NCBI GenBank assembly: GCA_964057225.1 | Contig: OZ059899.1 | Span: 1,054,001-1,118,000 of the forward strand | Reading direction: 5' to 3' | From: Auanema rhodensis | Lineage: Eukaryota > Animalia > Nematoda | Length of the DNA: 64,000 nucleotides | In this document: one piece after another, positions 57,401-64,000 of the stretch | How positions within the stretch are numbered: position 1 is the stretch's first letter | Layout of the letters: every line of letters begins with the position of its first letter | Program-made: the position numbers and the translations under genes | Notes under the pieces: generated by a model | The model's input: the letters and a program-made list of their open reading frames with translations, nothing else | Told to the model about the DNA's origin: nothing | Database searches by the model: none

Positions 57401-59717
57401 TATATCAGTTGATATCTCGGTGCATTTTTAAGCTAGCGCAAATCTGATAACACAGATCGACGCAGCTTAAAAATCCGCATCGAATGCACTATACTACATT
57501 GAGAAACGCTGAATACAAAAATTAGTTATGATCGTTTGAAAAATGATGCATTAGTGTATGTTGAGTTTCCATGTACACTCAACATTGCTTCCAAAAACAT
57601 TTTGACAAAAATTTTTTCGAAAAATTTCAAAATAATTTAGCGAAAAGTAGATGTTTTTAGATTCCGTTTTTCAAGGCAAAGACGATGGACAATGTTATTC
57701 AACGAAAAAAATAATTCTTCAGGGTGAAAATCGAGGATATAAGTGTGAACTTATATCAGTTGATATCTCGGTGCTTTTTTAAGCTAGCGCAAATCTGATA
57801 ACACAGATCGACGCAGCTCAAAAATCCGCATCGAATGCACTATACTACATTGAGAAACGCTTAATACAAAAATTAGTTATGATTGTTTGAAAAATGATGC
57901 ATTAGTGTATGTTGAGTTTCCATGTACACTCAACATTGCTTCCAAAAACATTTTGACAAAAATTTTTTCGAAAAATTTCAAGATAATTTAGCGAAAAGTA
58001 GATGTTTTTAGATTTCGTTTTTCAAGGCAAAGACGATGGACAATGTTATTCAACGAAAAAATTAATTCTTCAGGGTGAAAATCGAGGATATAAGTGTGAA
58101 CTTATATCAGTTGATATCTCGGTGCTTTTTTAAGCTAGCGCAAATCTGATAACACAGATCGACGCAGCTCAAAAATCCGCATCGAATGCACTATACTACA
58201 TTGAGAAACGCTTAATACAAAAATTAGTTATGATCGTTTGAAAAATGATGCATTAGTGTATGTTGAGTTTCCATGTACACTCAACATTGCTTCCAAAAAC
58301 ATTTTGACAAAAATTTTTTCGAAAAATTTCAAGATAATTTAGCGAAAAGTAGATGTTTTTAGATTTCGTTTTTCAAGGCAAAGACGATGGACAATGTTAT
58401 TCAACGAAAAAATTAATTCTTCAGGGTGAAAATCGAGGATATAAGTGTGAACTTATATCAGTTGATATCTCGGTGCTTTTTTAAGCTAGCGCAAATCTGA
58501 TAACACAGATCGACGCAGCTCAAAAATCCGCATCGAATGCACTATACTACATTGAGAAACGCTTAATACAAAAATTAGTTATGATCGTTTGAAAAATGAT
58601 GCATTAGTGTATGTTGAGTTTCCATGTACACTCAACATTGCTTCCAAAAACATTTTGACAAAAATTTTTTCGAAAAGTTTCAAAATAATTTAGCAAAAAG
58701 TAGATGTTTTTAGATTCTGTTTTTCAAGGCAAAGACGATGGACAATGTTATTCAACGAAAAAAATAATTCTTCAGGGTGAAAATCGAGGATATAAGTGTG
58801 AACTTATATCAGTTGATATCTCGGTGCTTTTTTAAGCTAGCGCAAATCTGATAACACAGATCGACGCAACTTAAAAATCCGCATCGAATGCACTATACTA
58901 CATTTAGAAACGCTTAATACAAAAATTAGTTATGATCGTTTGAAAAATGATGCATTAGTGTATGTTGAGTTTCCATGTACACTCAACATTGCTTCCAAAA
59001 ACATTTTGACAAAAATGTTTTCGAAAAATTTCAAAATAATTTAGCGAAAAGTAGATGTTTTTAGATTCCGTTTTTCAAGGCAAAGACGATGGACAATGTT
59101 ATTCAACGAAAAAATTAATTCTTCAGGGTGAAAATCGAGGATATAAGTGTGAACTTATATCAGTTGATATCTCGGTGCATTTTTAAGCTAGCGCAAATTT
59201 GATAACACAGATCGACGCAGCTCAAAAATCCGCATCGAATGCACTATACTACATTGAAAAACGCTTAATACAAAAATTAGTTATGATCGTTTGAAAAATG
59301 ATGCATTAGTGTATGTTGAGTTTCCATGTACACTCAACATTGCTTCCAAAAACATTTTGACAAAAATTTTTTCGAAAAATTTCAAGATAATTTAGCGAAA
59401 AGTAGATGTTTTTAGATTCCGTTTTTCAAGGCAAAGACGATGGACAATGTTATTCAACGGAAAAAATAATACTTCAGGGTGAAAATCGAGGATATAAGTG
59501 TGAACTTATATCAGTTGATATCTCGGTGCTTTTTTAAGCTAGCGCAAATCTGATAACACAGATCGACGCAGCTTAAAAATCCGCATCGAATGCACTATAC
59601 TACATTGAGAAACGCTTAATACACAAATTAGTTATGATCGTTTGAAAAATGATGCATTATTGTATGTTGAGTTTCCATGTACACTCAACATTGCTTCCAA
59701 AAACATTTTGACAAAAA

Positions 59718-62700
59718 TTTTTTCGAAAAATTTCAAAATAATTTAGCAAAAAGTAGATGTTTTTAGATTCCTTTTCTTAAGGCAAAGACGATGGACAATG
59801 TGATTCGACGAAAAAATTAATTCTTCAGGGTGAAAATCGAGGATATAAGTGTGAACTTATATCAGTTGATATCTCGGTGCATTTTTAAGCTAGCGCAAAT
59901 CTGATAACACAGATCGACGCAGCTTAAAAATCCGCATCGAATGCACTATACTACATTGAGAAACGCTTAATACAAAAATTAGTTATGATCGTTTGAAAAA
60001 TGATGCATTAGTGTATGTTGAGTTTCCATGTACACTCAACATTGCTTCCAAAAACATTTTGACAAAAATTTTTTCGAAAAATTTCAAAATAATTTAGCAA
60101 AAAGTAGATGTTTTTAGATTCTGTTTTTCAAGGCAAAGACGATGGACAATGTTATTCAACGAAAAAAATAATACTTCAGGGTGAAAATCGAGGATATAAG
60201 TGTGAACTTATATCAGTTGATATCTCGGTGCTTTTTTAAGCTAGCGCAAATCTGATAACACAGATCGACGCAACTTAAAAATCCGCATCGAATGCACTAT
60301 ACTACATTTAGAAACGCTTAATACAAAAATTAGTTATGATCGTTTGAAAAATGATGCATTAGTGTATGTTGAGTTTCCATGTACACTCAACATTGCTTCC
60401 AAAAACATTTTGACAAAAATTTTTTCGAAAAATTTCAAAATAATTTAGCGAAAAGTAGATGTTTTTAGATTCCGTTTTTCAAGGCAAAGACGATGGACAA
60501 TGTTATTCAACGAAAAAATTAATTCTTCAGGGTGAAAATCGAGGATATAAGTGTGAACTTATATCAGTTGATATCTCGGTGCATTTTTAAGCTAGCGCAA
60601 ATTTGATAACACAGATCGACGCAGCTCAAAAATCCGCATCGAATGCACTATACTACATTGAAAAACGCTTAATACAAAAATTAGTTATGATCGTTTGAAA
60701 AATGATGCATTAGTGTATGTTGAGTTTCCATGTACACTCAACATTGCTTCCAAAAACATTTTGACAAAAATTTTTTCGAAAAATTTCAAGATAATTTAGC
60801 GAAAAGTAGATGTTTTTAGATTCCGTTTTTCAAGGCAAAGACGATGGACAATGTTATTCAACGAAAAAAATAATACTTCAGGGTGAAAATCGAGGATATA
60901 AGTGTGAACTTATATCAGTTGATATCTCGGTGCTTTTTTAAGCTAGCGCAAATCTGATAACACAGATCGACGCAACTTAAAAATCCGCATCGAATGCACT
61001 ATACTACATTTAGAAACGCTTAATACAAAAATTAGTTATGATCGTTTGAAAAATGATGCATTAGTGTATGTTGAGTTTCCATGTACACTCAACATTGCTT
61101 CCAAAAACATTTTGACAAAAATTTTTTCGAAAAATTTCAAAATAATTTAGCGAAAAGTAGATGTTTTTAGATTTCGTTTTTCAAGGCGAAGACGATGGAC
61201 AATGTTATTCAACGAAAAAATTAATTCTTCAGGGTGAAAATCGAGGATATAAGTGTGAACTTATATCAGTTGATATCTCGGTGCATTTTTAAGCTAGCGC
61301 AAATTTGATAACACAGATCGACGCAGCTCAAAAATCCGCATCGAATGCACTATACTACATTGAAAAACGCTTAATACAAAAATTAGTTATGATCGTTTGA
61401 AAAATGATGCATTAGTGTATGTTGAGTTTCCATGTACACTCAACATTGCTTCCAAAAACATTTTGACAAAAATTTTTTCGAAAAATTTCAAAATAATTTA
61501 GCAAAAAGTAGATGTTTTTAGATTCCTTTTCTTAAGGCAAAGACGATGGACAATGTGATTCGACGAAAAAATTAATTCTTCAGGGTGAAAATCGAGGATA
61601 TAAGTGTGAACTTATATCAGTTGATATCTCGGTGCATTTTTAAGCTAGCGCAAATCTGATAACACAGATCGACGCAGCTTAAAAATCCGCATCGAATGCA
61701 CTATACTACATTGAGAAACGCTTAATACAAAAATTAGTTATGATCGTTTGAAAAATGATGCATTAGTGTATGTTGAGTTTCCATGTACACTCAACATTGC
61801 TTCCAAAAACATTTTGACAAAAATTTTTTCGAAAAATTTCAAAATAATTTAGCAAAAAGTAGATGTTTTTAGATTCTGTTTTTCAAGGCAAAGACGATGG
61901 ACAATGTTATTCAACGAAAAAAATAATACTTCAGGGTGAAAATCGAGGATATAAGTGTGAACTTATATCAGTTGATATCTCGGTGCTTTTTTAAGCTAGC
62001 GCAAATCTGATAACACAGATCGACGCAACTTAAAAATCCGCATCGAATGCACTATACTACATTTAGAAACGCTTAATACAAAAATTAGTTATGATCGTTT
62101 GAAAAATGATGCATTAGTGTATGTTGAGTTTCCATGTACACTCAACATTGCTTCCAAAAACATTTTGACAAAAATTTTTTCGAAAAATTTCAAAATAATT
62201 TAGCGAAAAGTAGATGTTTTTAGATTCCGTTTTTCAAGGCAAAGACGATGGACAATGTTATTCAACGAAAAAATTAATTCTTCAGGGTGAAAATCGAGGA
62301 TATAAGTGTGAACTTATATCAGTTGATATCTCGGTGCATTTTTAAGCTAGCGCAAATTTGATAACACAGATCGACGCAGCTCAAAAATCCGCATCGAATG
62401 CACTATACTACATTGAAAAACGCTTAATACAAAAATTAGTTATGATCGTTTGAAAAATGATGCATTAGTGTATGTTGAGTTTCCATGTACACTCAACATT
62501 GCTTCCAAAAACATTTTGACAAAAATTTTTTCGAAAAATTTCAAGATAATTTAGCGAAAAGTAGATGTTTTTAGATTCCGTTTTTCAAGGCAAAGACGAT
62601 GGACAATGTTATTCAACGAAAAAAATAATACTTCAGGGTGAAAATCGAGGATATAAGTGTGAACTTATATCAGTTGATATCTCGGTGCTTTTTTAAGCTA

Positions 62701-63227
62701 GCGCAAATCTGATAACACAGATCGACGCAACTTAAAAATCCGCATCGAATGCACTATACTACATTTAGAAACGCTTAATACAAAAATTAGTTATGATCGT
62801 TTGAAAAATGATGCATTAGTGTATGTTGAGTTTCCATGTACACTCAACATTGCTTCCAAAAACATTTTGACAAAAATTTTTTCGAAAAATTTCAAAATAA
62901 TTTAGCGAAAAGTAGATGTTTTTAGATTTCGTTTTTCAAGGCGAAGACGATGGACAATGTTATTCAACGAAAAAATTAATTCTTCAGGGTGAAAATCGAG
63001 GATATAAGTGTGAACTTATATCAGTTGATATCTCGGTGCATTTTTAAGCTAGCGCAAATTTGATAACACAGATCGACGCAGCTCAAAAATCCGCATCGAA
63101 TGCACTATACTACATTGAAAAACGCTTAATACAAAAATTAGTTATGATCGTTTGAAAAATGATGCATTAGTGTATGTTGAGTTTCCATGTACACTCAACA
63201 TTGCTTCCAAAAACATTTTGACAAAAA
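59718..63227 (+). repeat. Pentameric higher-order repeat (1755 bp) x2
   Basis: ttccTtttCtTaagg with tgtGattcGacg at 59757 and 61512. ttTcgtt with ggcGaag at 61161 and 62916. Confidence 0.92.
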
Positions 63228-64000
63228 TTTTTTCGAAAAATTTCAAGATAATTTAGCGAAAAGTAGATGTTTTTAGATTCCGTTTTTCAAGGCAAAGACG
63301 ATGGACAATGTTATTCAACGAAAAAATTAATTCTTCAGGGTGAAAATCGAGGATATAAGTGTGAACTTATATCAGTTGATATCTCGGTGCTTTTTTAAGC
63401 TAGCGCAAATCTGATAACACAGATCGACGCAGCTCAAAAATCCGCATCGAATGCACTATACTACATTGAGAAACGCTTAATACAAAAATTAGTTATGATT
63501 GTTTGAAAAATGATGCATTAGTGTATGTTGAGTTTCCATGTACACTCAACATTGCTTCCAAAAACATTTTGACAAAAATTTTTTCGAAAAATTTCAAGAT
63601 AATTTAGCGAAAAGTAGATGTTTTTAGATTCCGTTTTTCAAGGCAAAGACGATGGACAATGTTATTCAACGAAAAAATTAATTCTTCAGGGTGAAAATCG
63701 AGGATATAAGTGTGAACTTATATCAGTTGATATCTCGGTGCTTTTTTAAGCTAGCGCAAATCTGATAACACAGATCGACGCAGCTCAAAAATCCGCATCG
63801 AATGCACTATACTACATTGAGAAACGCTTAATACAAAAATTAGTTATGATCGTTTGAAAAATGATGCATTAGTGTATGTTGAGTTTCCATGTACACTCAA
63901 CATTGCTTCCAAAAACATTTTGACAAAAATTTTTTCGAAAAGTTTCAAAATAATTTAGCAAAAAGTAGATGTTTTTAGATTCTGTTTTTCAAGGCAAAGA

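Larger units (their letters stand above)
1..64000 (+). repeat. Tandem satellite DNA array, 351-bp monomer, about 181 copies, open at both window edges
   Basis: The landmark gtagATGttttt recurs every 351 bp (40, 391, 742, 1093 ... 27067). Three 483-bp units (27067, 28603, 30139) and four 1-bp indels account exactly for the last landmark at 63969. Monomers differ by a few substitutions only. No inversion or foreign insertion seen. Confidence 0.99.

Noticed and set aside
1-64000. CRISPR array or repeat-spacer system
   Set aside because: No unique spacers; the entire unit repeats. No cas or other genes.
1-64000. Artefactual concatemer (rolling-circle or assembly loop)
   Set aside because: Hierarchical, region-specific SNP haplotypes and a shared structural variant indicate a real evolving array.

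Overview
The whole 64 kb window is one uninterrupted, head-to-tail, single-orientation array of an AT-rich satellite (about 33% GC by hand count), roughly 181 copies of a 351-bp monomer. It is most likely eukaryotic (peri)centromeric heterochromatin. I cannot assign the family or species. I found no genes, RNA genes, transposase remnants, CRISPR spacers or unique sequence. The repeated 79-aa ORF looks like a by-product of the repeat, switched on and off by a C/T polymorphism. The structure lies at two scales. (1) Within the monomer: it reads as a decayed palindrome with dyad axes near positions 184-190 and 359-365, about half a monomer apart. It also holds two perfect 9-bp stem-loops 176 bp apart, one with a GNRA-type loop, and a partial CENP-B-box-like 17-mer. 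(2) Along the array: successive domains carry their own diagnostic SNPs and local higher-order repeats (5-mer, 3-mer, a 1536-bp 4-mer with an internal 132-bp duplication, 3-mer/2-mer, an irregular 8-10-mer, 5-mer). Chimeric monomers sit at register switches. Monomer positions refer to the first copy (window 1-351). All alignments and counts were done by eye.
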